Source: an uncultured Rhodospirillaceae bacterium
GTDB taxonomy: Bacteria > Pseudomonadota > Alphaproteobacteria > SP197
Direction of reading: 5' to 3'
Assembly (NCBI GenBank): GCA_937880925.1
Contig: CALGGB010000065.1
Span: forward strand, 6,004 to 70,003
Length of the DNA stretch: 64,000 bases
The notes beneath the pieces were generated by a model. That model made no database searches and had not been told where the DNA came from. It saw only the letters and a program-made list of their open reading frames with translations. Below, one piece after another: positions 18,567 to 26,523 of this stretch. The translations under genes and the position numbers were made by a program. Position 1 is the stretch's first letter; the number at the start of each line of letters is the position of its first letter.

Positions 18567-19676
18567 GTGCTCGTCTTGAATGGCGCCCCGCTTCGACGCA
18601 CGATCCCGACCGTGGACAGCGCAAACGCCTTGGAACTCCAGTACCTGGCCGGCGCCGACGGCCGTTCGGCCCCGGTGGGCGATGTCACGTTCACCGTCCC
18701 GGCAGGCAGCAGCCTTGCGGTGCTGGGCCCGCCGCAATCGGGCAAGACCTCGCTGCTGCGCCTGATCGCCGGTTTCGGCAGCACGGTCGGCGGCCGCGTG
18801 CTGTTCAACGGCCACGACCTTGCCCGCGTGTCGCCGCACAAAAGACCTTTCAGTTTCCTGGGCAGCCAGGATGCCCTGTTCCCGCACATGAACGTGGCCG
18901 GCAATGTCGCCTATGGCCTCAAAGCCCAGGGTCTGGGGCGCAGCGAATCGCAGCGCCGCGTCGCCGATGCCCTGGACCTGGTCGGCGCCGCACATCTGGA
19001 GAGCGCTGCGCCCGAGGCGCTGACCCGTGCCGAGCGCCAGAAGGTGGCGCTCGCCCGCTCACTCGCCATCGAACCACTGGTCCTGCTCCTCGACGAGGCG
19101 CTGACCGCGCTGGATCCCCTGGAGGCCGCACGGGTGATGACGATCCTGTCGCGCCTGCAGCGCAAGGTGGCGCTGACCCTGATCTTCAGCACCACCGACG
19201 GCATGGCCGCCATGGCGCAGGCCGATGCCATCGCGGTGCTGTCGGCCGGCCGGATGATTCAATGGGGCGAGCCCGGTGAACTCTATGACCGACCGGACCA
19301 TGCGGTGACCGCGCGCCTGACCGGGCCGGTCAATCTGCTGGCAGGACGGGCGAGCCGCCATGGCATCGAGATCGCGGGCCTGGGCGACATCACCGCCCAC
19401 GGCAACGTCGCCCAGGGCAACATGGCCGCACTGGCCCTGCGCCCGGACCGCATCGACCTGCATCTCAAGGCGCCCGAGGGCTTTGCCTTCGAGGGCGAGA
19501 TCGAACGCGTGGCCTTTTCAAACCTGGGGCTGACCGCCCATATCCAGCTTGCGGGGCCGGGCGAGCGGATCGCCGCTCGGGTCGATACCCGGCGGCTGCA
19601 AAGCGACGACTTGCCCGAAGGGCGCCGAGTGTGGTGTACCTTTGCGCCAGACGACGCCCGCCTCGTGCGGGTATGA
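18567..19676 (+). CDS. Orphan ABC-type ATP-binding protein with a C-terminal TOBE-like domain; signature motif and H-loop degenerate
   Basis: Walker A GPPQSGKTS, Q-loop FLGSQD, Walker B LVLLLDEALTALD. The signature reads LTRAERQ instead of LSGGQ. The H-loop region reads IFSTTDG, with no His. GTG start at 18567 (or 18612). No permease gene adjacent. Confidence 0.6.
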   Translation: MLVLNGAPLRRTIPTVDSANALELQYLAGADGRSAPVGDVTFTVPAGSSLAVLGPPQSGKTSLLRLIAGFGSTVGGRVLFNGHDLARVSPHKRPFSFLGSQDALFPHMNVAGNVAYGLKAQGLGRSESQRRVADALDLVGAAHLESAAPEALTRAERQKVALARSLAIEPLVLLLDEALTALDPLEAARVMTILSRLQRKVALTLIFSTTDGMAAMAQADAIAVLSAGRMIQWGEPGELYDRPDHAVTARLTGPVNLLAGRASRHGIEIAGLGDITAHGNVAQGNMAALALRPDRIDLHLKAPEGFAFEGEIERVAFSNLGLTAHIQLAGPGERIAARVDTRRLQSDDLPEGRRVWCTFAPDDARLVRV

Positions 19677-19740
19677 AGCATCAAGAGCAAGAAGCAGCTT
19701 CGAACCAGGGATTTCACGGACCATTGCGGGGCACTTACCC

Positions 19741-21030
19741 ATGAGCGACGGCAAGACGATCGTGTTCTTTCCAGAGGCGGCCTTCGGGCCGGCTCTCAAT
19801 TCCGTGGGCATTGCCCAAGTCTGCCGCGAGATGGGCCATAACCCCGTCTTCGTCGCCGACCAGGGCTTTGCGGGCGTGTTCGCCAAGTACGGCTTCGAGG
19901 AGAAGCTGGTCGCCATGAGCGAGCCCATGGAGCCCGAGGCCATGGCGCGCTACTGGGTCGACTTCATCAACGGCCAGATTCCCAATTTCCGCACGCCGCC
20001 CATCGAGCAGGTTTCGACCTACATCAAGGCCTGCTGGGGAGCGATCATCGAAACCGCCTTCTGGGCGCAGAAGGACCTGCCCCGCGTGCTCGACGAGATC
20101 AAGCCCGACCTGATCTGCGTCGACAACGTGGTGCTCTATCCCGCGACCAAGCAATACGGCGTGCCATGGGTGCGCATCATCTCGTGCAGCGAGAACGAGA
20201 TCGAGGATCCGGACATCCCGCCCCATCTCTCCGGCTGCCGCGAGGACGACAAGGCCTGTTTCGAGGCCTATCGCACGCGCTTCGAGGAGGAAATCGCGCC
20301 CATCCACGCGAAGTTCAACGACTTCCTCAAGGAGTGCGGCGAGGATCCCTATCCCCTCGGCCAGTTCTTCGAGGCCTCGCCGTACCTCAACCTGCTGCAC
20401 TACCCCAAGCCTCTGGCCTTCAACCGGCGTCATCCGCTGGACCCCGAGAAGTTCGTCTACACCGAGGGCTGCATCCGCACGGAAGAGCCCTACGAAATTC
20501 CCGAGTTCGGTATCCACGAAGACAAGCCGCTGCTCTATGTCAGTTTCGGCAGCCTGGGTTCGGGCGATACCGACCTGATGGCCCGTCTGATCAAGACCCT
20601 GGGCAAGCTGCCCTATCGGGTGCTGGTCAACGTCGGCGACTATGGCGATGCCTATGAGGCGATCCCGAAGAACTGCCATGTCGAGAGCTGGTACCCTCAG
20701 CCCTCGGTGATCAAGCAGGTCGATGCGGTGATCCATCACGGCGGCAACAACAGCTTCAACGAGTGCCTCTATTTCGGCAAACCCGCGCTGATCATGCCCT
20801 ATTGCTGGGACGGCCACGACAACGCCACCCATATCGACGAGCGCGGCTACGGCCTCAAGCTGGACCGCTACATCTGGAGCGACGCCGACATGGCCGGGGC
20901 GATCGAGCGCATGCTGACCGACAAGGACATGGCCGAACGCCTGGAGGCGCTGGCCAAGCACATGCAGGCCCAGGATGGCCGGCGTACCGGCGCCAAGGCG
21001 CTCGACGATCTTCTCAAACGGAGCACGTGA
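19741..21030 (+). CDS. GT1-family UDP-glycosyltransferase (MGT/UGT-like)
   Basis: 429 aa. C-terminal PSPG-like motif WYPQPSVIKQVDAVIHHGGNNSFNECLYFGKPALIMPYCWDGHDNA. Start at MSDGKTIVFF. Confidence 0.75.
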   Translation: MSDGKTIVFFPEAAFGPALNSVGIAQVCREMGHNPVFVADQGFAGVFAKYGFEEKLVAMSEPMEPEAMARYWVDFINGQIPNFRTPPIEQVSTYIKACWGAIIETAFWAQKDLPRVLDEIKPDLICVDNVVLYPATKQYGVPWVRIISCSENEIEDPDIPPHLSGCREDDKACFEAYRTRFEEEIAPIHAKFNDFLKECGEDPYPLGQFFEASPYLNLLHYPKPLAFNRRHPLDPEKFVYTEGCIRTEEPYEIPEFGIHEDKPLLYVSFGSLGSGDTDLMARLIKTLGKLPYRVLVNVGDYGDAYEAIPKNCHVESWYPQPSVIKQVDAVIHHGGNNSFNECLYFGKPALIMPYCWDGHDNATHIDERGYGLKLDRYIWSDADMAGAIERMLTDKDMAERLEALAKHMQAQDGRRTGAKALDDLLKRST

Positions 21031-21392
21031 TGACCCAGCCCAAGGTTCCCCTGTTCAAGCAGGCAGCCGCGATCACCCCTGAGGAACTGACCGACTGGGG
21101 CCCGGTGGGTGAACCGATCGGTGCGCCGGTTTCCCAGACCTCCGGCAAGCTGCTGGTCGGCGGGCGCGGCGAGTTCCCCGAGGCCGGTTACTGGCGCTGC
21201 ACGGAAGGTTCCTGGCGCTGCGTGGTGGAGCGCGACGAGTTCTGCCACTTCCTGCACGGCGCCTGCACCTACACCGCCGACAGCGGCGAGACGATCGAGA
21301 TCAAAGGCGGCGACACCGCCTGGTTTCCGGCCGGCTGGTCGGGCCGCTGCGAGGTGCGCGAGGCGGTTGCCAAGGTCTTCCTGATCAGCTGA
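21030..21392 (+). CDS. Cupin-domain protein (DUF861/EutQ-like)
   Basis: 120 aa. Its start overlaps the glycosyltransferase stop (ATGA at 21028-21032). Cupin beta-barrel motifs (GEFCHFLHGACTYT...GDTAWFPAGWSGRCEV). Confidence 0.7.
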   Translation: MTQPKVPLFKQAAAITPEELTDWGPVGEPIGAPVSQTSGKLLVGGRGEFPEAGYWRCTEGSWRCVVERDEFCHFLHGACTYTADSGETIEIKGGDTAWFPAGWSGRCEVREAVAKVFLIS

Positions 21393-21396
21393 GCCT

Positions 21397-21777
21397 TCAG
21401 GGCGTCCCGGCCTCGGCATCGACATCCGGCGATAGCGGCCCGGCAGGCAGGGGCAGGCCGAGCGCAGCAGTCGTGCCCAGAACGGTCTGGTAGATCAGGC
21501 CGCCTCCTGGCCGGTCCATCTCCCCGGCCTCGTAGATGAAGGCAAAGGTCTCCTCTGCCTGCTCGGGCGTGACCACGACCGACAGCGTATCGACCTCGAT
21601 CATGTCACGGGCCGCGACGGTGGCCAGCATCCCGGCGCCGCGGCCATGGCTGTAGTGGAACGCGTCGATGCCCAGCGAGGCGTGCAACGCCTCGGCAATG
21701 TCGTGGGCGTGTCCGCGGCGCAGGTAGGCGACGATCAACCGCGGAGCGGCGCCATCGACTTCGGCTTCGCTGCTCAC
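21397..21777 (-). CDS. P-II-like (GlnB-like fold) signalling protein, paralog 2
   Basis: 126 aa. beta-alpha-beta core RLIVAYLRRGHAHDIAEALHASLGIDAFHYSHGRGAG and a Gly-rich B-loop-like DRPGGGLIYQTVL. No T-loop Tyr. Its start overlaps the stop of the upstream P-II-like gene (ATGA). Confidence 0.6.
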   Translation of the reverse strand: MSSEAEVDGAAPRLIVAYLRRGHAHDIAEALHASLGIDAFHYSHGRGAGMLATVAARDMIEVDTLSVVVTPEQAEETFAFIYEAGEMDRPGGGLIYQTVLGTTAALGLPLPAGPLSPDVDAEAGTP

Positions 21778-22157
21778 CGGAAGAACCTGCCGCGGCCCTG
21801 GCGCTCGCCGACACGCTCCAGAACATCGTGGGGGATGTAGGTCGCCGCCTTCTCCAGCGGCGTGACATACATGATGCCCATGCCCGGCGTGTCCAGGTTG
21901 CCCGCCAGGTACATGGCGTTGAAGACGCGGTCGACCTGTTCGCTGGAGACGACGATGTTGACGATCTCCTTCTCGACCTCGACCGCAACGCCCAGAATGC
22001 CCAGGCGCTCACGCACGCCAGAACCCCGGCCGAAATGCACCGTGGCCCCCTGGGCGCCGGCACTCTGGGCGGCCGCGACGATGGCGTCGGCATTGCCGCG
22101 CTGCACGATACAGGTGATCAGCGCGACATCGGTCAACACGACGATCTCGCGGCTCAT
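21774..22157 (-). CDS. P-II-like (GlnB-like fold) signalling protein, paralog 1
   Basis: 127 aa from MSREIVVLTDVALITCIVQRGNADAIVAAAQSAGAQGATVHFGRGSG... Aligns with the GlnB architecture (double beta-alpha-beta, T-loop region GRGSGVRERLG, B-loop-like TPGMGIMYV). Its start overlaps the DUF1538 stop (ATGA at 22154-22157). Confidence 0.65.
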   Translation of the reverse strand: MSREIVVLTDVALITCIVQRGNADAIVAAAQSAGAQGATVHFGRGSGVRERLGILGVAVEVEKEIVNIVVSSEQVDRVFNAMYLAGNLDTPGMGIMYVTPLEKAATYIPHDVLERVGERQGRGRFFR

Positions 22158-23941
22158 GCCGAAACCTCCAGGGCATTGGCAGACCGCGCCCTGCGCGCGG
22201 CCACAAGATGCAGGATCAGACCATAACCCAGAACCGCCAGGATCGGGCAGATCGAGGCCATCGAAAGGATGCCGAAGCCTTCGACCACTTCCATCGCATT
22301 GCCGAAACCCAGCCCCATGGCCAGCACCAGGGGCACGGTCACCGGGCCGGTCGTCACCCCGGCGCAATCCCAGGCAATGTTGACGAACTCCTCCGAGGAG
22401 ACCGCCGTCAGCACCAGGCCGGCGATGTAAAGCGGCACCAGAAGCCAGCCCAGCGGCAGATCAAAGGTGATCTTGGCCACCCCCAGCGCCAGGCCGAAGG
22501 CGACGCCGACGGCGACCACGATCATCAGCGCGCGCTTGCGGAAGGCGCCGTTGGTCAGGCTCTCCACCGTCATGCCCAGGGCGTTGAGCGCGGGCTCGGC
22601 CAGCGTCGCACCGAAACCCAGGAACCAAGCAAAGACCAGGGCAAGGGATACGCCCAGCACATAGGGGTAAAGCGGCGAGCCCACGATCGCCTCGATCGCG
22701 GTGAAGGCACCGGGCACGATACCGCCCGAAAGCGCCCCCAGGCGCGACAGGCCGAAGGTGAGCCCGATGTTGAAGATGATCATGCCGAGAAGGGCAAGAC
22801 CAATGCCGTAGGCCGTGATTCCGGCCCGGGGCATGCGTTCGCGCAACAGAACGCGCATGACCAGCCACAGGAAGGCGACCAGCGGCAGAATTGCCCGCAG
22901 GCCGGCCAGGGTCTCGGCCGCGGGCGTAAGCGAGAGCGGGCCCGGCTCGGCCGAAAGGGCCACCTCGCGGGCCGCAGCTGCGATCTCGCCCGGCGTTGTG
23001 GTGGCGGCCAGCACCAGCGCCAGGAGCAGCACGCCCAGCACCGGAAGGAGCGAGGCCAGCGTGACGATCCCAAAGCCAGAGAGCGAGGACTGGCTCTTGC
23101 CTGCCGCAGCCGACATGCCGATACCCAGGGCCAGGACCAGGGGCACCGTAATCGGCCCCGTGGTCACTGCCCCGCAGTCCCAGGCAAGGCCCAGCACGCT
23201 GGAGAGATCCGCATCACTCATGAAGTAGAGCGTCAGCAACAGCGTCGGGGCCACCGCCACGTAGATGAAGGGCTTCAGGCTCCAGCCGTAGAGGAAGCGC
23301 ACGGTACCCAGGACTGCCGCAATGCCCACGCCCGCACCCACGACCAGCACCAGGGCATCGCTCCAGCCGTTGAGCAGGGTGTGAAGATAGGGCGCGCGGC
23401 TGACATCGACGATGGAGCCCGCAGCCTGCAGTGCGCCGATCGCCGGCTCGGCGAAGGTCGCCCCGATCCCCAGGATGAAGGCGACGATCAGCACCACAGG
23501 CAGGCGCTGGCGCTGGGGCAGCCGGTTCCCGATCGCTTCCGCGAAGGGCATCAGGCCCAGGTTGAGGCCTTCCATGAACAGCATCAGGCCCAGGATCACC
23601 GCCAGCAGGCCCGACATGATGGCAACCTCGTCGCTGAGCGGCTGGCGCAGGACGATGAGCTGGAAGAGGACAAAGTAGATCGCGAGCGGCACGACGGCGC
23701 GCGCCTGGGCCCAGAAGCGCACGCTGATGTAGGGGCTGAGCAGACGGTAAACGTCGATGCCGCGCAGATTGACGCGCCCCGGTCGATAGGGTTCGGGCTC
23801 GCCCCGGCCATCGGTGGCGCGCGAACGGGTCAGTTCGTCGAAGCTGATGCGCCGCTGGCGCACGGTGGCTTCGCGCTGGAAATCTCCGAATCTCAACTGC
23901 ACCACGCCGAGAATCCCCCGCGCCCGGCCAGAATGGCCCAC
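22154..23941 (-). CDS. Polytopic membrane protein made of two tandem DUF1538-like repeats
   Basis: 595 aa with about 12 predicted TM helices. An internal duplication is visible: ...LAWDCGAVTTGPITVPLVLALGIG... and ...IAWDCAGVTTGPVTVPLVLAMGLGFG... The first 60 aa are non-hydrophobic, so the true start may be an internal GTG near VNLRGIDVYR. Confidence 0.7.
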   Translation of the reverse strand: MGHSGRARGILGVVQLRFGDFQREATVRQRRISFDELTRSRATDGRGEPEPYRPGRVNLRGIDVYRLLSPYISVRFWAQARAVVPLAIYFVLFQLIVLRQPLSDEVAIMSGLLAVILGLMLFMEGLNLGLMPFAEAIGNRLPQRQRLPVVLIVAFILGIGATFAEPAIGALQAAGSIVDVSRAPYLHTLLNGWSDALVLVVGAGVGIAAVLGTVRFLYGWSLKPFIYVAVAPTLLLTLYFMSDADLSSVLGLAWDCGAVTTGPITVPLVLALGIGMSAAAGKSQSSLSGFGIVTLASLLPVLGVLLLALVLAATTTPGEIAAAAREVALSAEPGPLSLTPAAETLAGLRAILPLVAFLWLVMRVLLRERMPRAGITAYGIGLALLGMIIFNIGLTFGLSRLGALSGGIVPGAFTAIEAIVGSPLYPYVLGVSLALVFAWFLGFGATLAEPALNALGMTVESLTNGAFRKRALMIVVAVGVAFGLALGVAKITFDLPLGWLLVPLYIAGLVLTAVSSEEFVNIAWDCAGVTTGPVTVPLVLAMGLGFGNAMEVVEGFGILSMASICPILAVLGYGLILHLVAARRARSANALEVSA

Positions 23942-24383
23942 GAACTACACTGGCGTCTTTTACGATACTTGGGCCATACGCGCGATAGACCGCCATCCGG
24001 CCCACCGTGAGGCGGGAAAGGTGTGAAATGGATTACGGCGGACATGGGCGGACTGGGGCAGGCTCAAAAACAAGACCCTGCGCCACCGATCTTCAAAGGG
24101 TAGGACTTTCGCCCTGGGGGGTCCCAACGAAGACCGGCGAACGCAGGGCCGACCGCGTCTGTTAGGAAGCGGTCAACCACCCCGTTATGGCCGGACGATG
24201 CCGGCCGCACGGTGGGTCTGGTGTGTATATAGGCCCATGACCTGACAGCCCCAGTGACAGAGGTCACTTGGGCGAGGCCATTCGGGGGTCCACGTAATGG
24301 CCATCACAGCCAGGGGCGCCATGGCTTCTGCCCATGGCGCGATGCCGCTATGGTGGGCGCCGGACGCGTATCGGAGCCCTGCC

Positions 24384-26510
24384 ATGAAACGTCTGCTTGC
24401 CGCCGCAGCATTTGCGGCCTGCCTTGGTGTGGCCGCGCAGGCATCGGCCGACATGGCCGAAGCCGATGCTCTCTATGACAACGGTCGATACGAAGAGGCC
24501 TTTGCCGCCTATGCCGAGCTTGCCAAGGAGCAGGACGGCGCGGCGATGCTGCGCATGGCGGAAATGTTCGAAGCCGGCGAAGGTGTGGCCGCCAGCAATA
24601 CCCGGGCACTGACCTGGTACCGCCGTGCCGCCGCCCACGACATCGCCGAGGCGCATTTCCGCATCGGTGAGATGTATGAGACCGGCATCGCCGCACCCCG
24701 CGACTACGGTGCAGCCGTGCGCTCCTACCAGGCTGCCGCGGACCTGGGCCATACCCAGGCGCTGATCCGACTGGCCAACCTCTATGTCGACGGTTCGGGC
24801 GCCATGCCGGATGCCAGCCAGGCCGCGCGCCTGCTCAAGCAGGCCGCCGACAGCGGCGATGCCGAGGCGATCGCGACGCTCGACCGCCTGGTCGCCAGCG
24901 GCATCGTGCCGCGCAACGTGCTTGACGAACTGGGCATCCCGCTGCCGCCGCCGGCCACGCTGCCCACGGTCGAGGAACTGGCGGCACAGGGCATCGCGAC
25001 CCAGAACGACGGCGGCTCGATCACCGCTCTGGCGGAGGCCGCCGAGATCGAGGAGTCGGGGGCCGCGGCACAGGTGCGGTCCGCGCTGACGGTCGCGATG
25101 GCCGGCCATGACAGCGAGGAGTCGACCCTCGACTACGGCATCGACATCGTCGAGAACGACGACGGCTCCATGATCGCCACGTTGCGCAGTGTCCGCCTGC
25201 TGTCCGAGGAGGGCACCTGGGAGATCGGTGACATCGTCTATGCTCTCAGCCCCGCGGGCGAGGCGACCTATGACACGGTGGTGACCTTGCCGCAGGTGAC
25301 CTCGATCTTCGACAACTCCGGCACGTCCGCAGGCGGCTCGACCATCGGCTCACAGGATATCAGGGGCACCTGGAACGTTGCGCTGAACCTGTGGAGCCAG
25401 GGCACGATCGACATGCGCGACGTGGAGCTGCGCATTGCGGCGCCCGGCCAGGAAGCCTTCACCATGACGATTGCCGCCATCACCGGCGACACCCGCCTGG
25501 AGGCCACGGCGCCCGGCAAGTGGGGTGGCGTGGCGCGCATGGCGCTCGAATCGATCGGGCTTGCCGGCAGCGACGGTGAAAACGCCGGTGTCGAACGGAT
25601 CAATATCGTCGTGGACCAGCGCGCGGTCGACTATGTGTTCTTCCAGGCCATGGGGATGGCGCGGGCGCAGTTCGAACAGCGTTTCGGCGCCAATCCGGAC
25701 CTGCAGGATCCCAGCGTTCAGCAGGCCATGTCGGAGATCACCGGGCCGGTGTTCGCGCTGGCGCGGGAACGCGCGCCCCTGATCGGCGACATCGGCATGG
25801 CGTTCACGATCAACGGCATTTCGGGCACGGATCCCGAGACGGGTGCGCCGATCACCATCGCACGGCTGCATTTCGGCATCTCGGCAGAGGACCTCGACCA
25901 CCCGACCGGCACCGTGAAGCTGGCTTATGAACACAGCGGCCTTGCCGTGCCCATCGACGGGATCATGCAGGACTACGTGCCCGGCGAGATGGCCTTCATC
26001 ATCGCCCTGCGCGACCTGCCGGTCGAGGATGCCGCGACCATGGCGCTGGAAATGTTCGAAGAAGGCATGACCAATCCGGCCGATTTCCAGGACAACGCCA
26101 TGATGGCGCTGACCTTCCTGGGTCTGGGCCTGCAGCAGAGCATGGCGGAATCGGGCAGCGCGCTGGAGATCGAGCGCATCGCCTATATCAGCCAGGGGCT
26201 GAAGGCCCACATCACCGGCACGCTGGTCGCCAGCGCCGCCTCGCCGCTGGGTGCGGTCGGCACGGTGACCATGGAGATCGAGGGCCTGGACGAAGCGGCC
26301 GCACAGCTTGCCGCACAGACCGATGACCCCGACGCCCAGGAGGCCGCCATGCCGCTGGCCATGCTGCAGGCCATGGGCGAGCGCGTCGAGGACGGCGGCG
26401 TGGTGCGCCACATCTACGTCGTGGAACTCACCGCCGACGGCCGCACCCTGCTCAACGGCAACGACATGGGCCCGATGATCGACGGCATGATGGGGAGCGA
26501 CGGCACCTGA
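24384..26510 (+). CDS. Secreted Sel1-repeat protein with a large uncharacterised C-terminal domain
   Basis: Signal peptide MKRLLAAAAFAACLGVAAQASA. Three to four Sel1 repeats up to about residue 200. A further 500 aa follow with no recognisable motif. The start is taken at MKRLL; the ORF-track start at 24297 is probably an artefact. Confidence 0.6.
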   Translation: MKRLLAAAAFAACLGVAAQASADMAEADALYDNGRYEEAFAAYAELAKEQDGAAMLRMAEMFEAGEGVAASNTRALTWYRRAAAHDIAEAHFRIGEMYETGIAAPRDYGAAVRSYQAAADLGHTQALIRLANLYVDGSGAMPDASQAARLLKQAADSGDAEAIATLDRLVASGIVPRNVLDELGIPLPPPATLPTVEELAAQGIATQNDGGSITALAEAAEIEESGAAAQVRSALTVAMAGHDSEESTLDYGIDIVENDDGSMIATLRSVRLLSEEGTWEIGDIVYALSPAGEATYDTVVTLPQVTSIFDNSGTSAGGSTIGSQDIRGTWNVALNLWSQGTIDMRDVELRIAAPGQEAFTMTIAAITGDTRLEATAPGKWGGVARMALESIGLAGSDGENAGVERINIVVDQRAVDYVFFQAMGMARAQFEQRFGANPDLQDPSVQQAMSEITGPVFALARERAPLIGDIGMAFTINGISGTDPETGAPITIARLHFGISAEDLDHPTGTVKLAYEHSGLAVPIDGIMQDYVPGEMAFIIALRDLPVEDAATMALEMFEEGMTNPADFQDNAMMALTFLGLGLQQSMAESGSALEIERIAYISQGLKAHITGTLVASAASPLGAVGTVTMEIEGLDEAAAQLAAQTDDPDAQEAAMPLAMLQAMGERVEDGGVVRHIYVVELTADGRTLLNGNDMGPMIDGMMGSDGT

Positions 26511-26523
26511 CGGCAGGAAGGCC

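Noticed and set aside
17579-18904. The full 441-aa ORF for the MeaB gene
   Set aside because: The first 121 codons have no MeaB homology and would overlap the divergent ABC ATPase gene. The start was moved to MLAALMATNP at 18541.
22208-24010. 600-aa ORF on the + strand
   Set aside because: Antisense to the DUF1538-like membrane gene. The translation is extremely Arg/Gln/His/Asp-rich with no hydrophobic structure.
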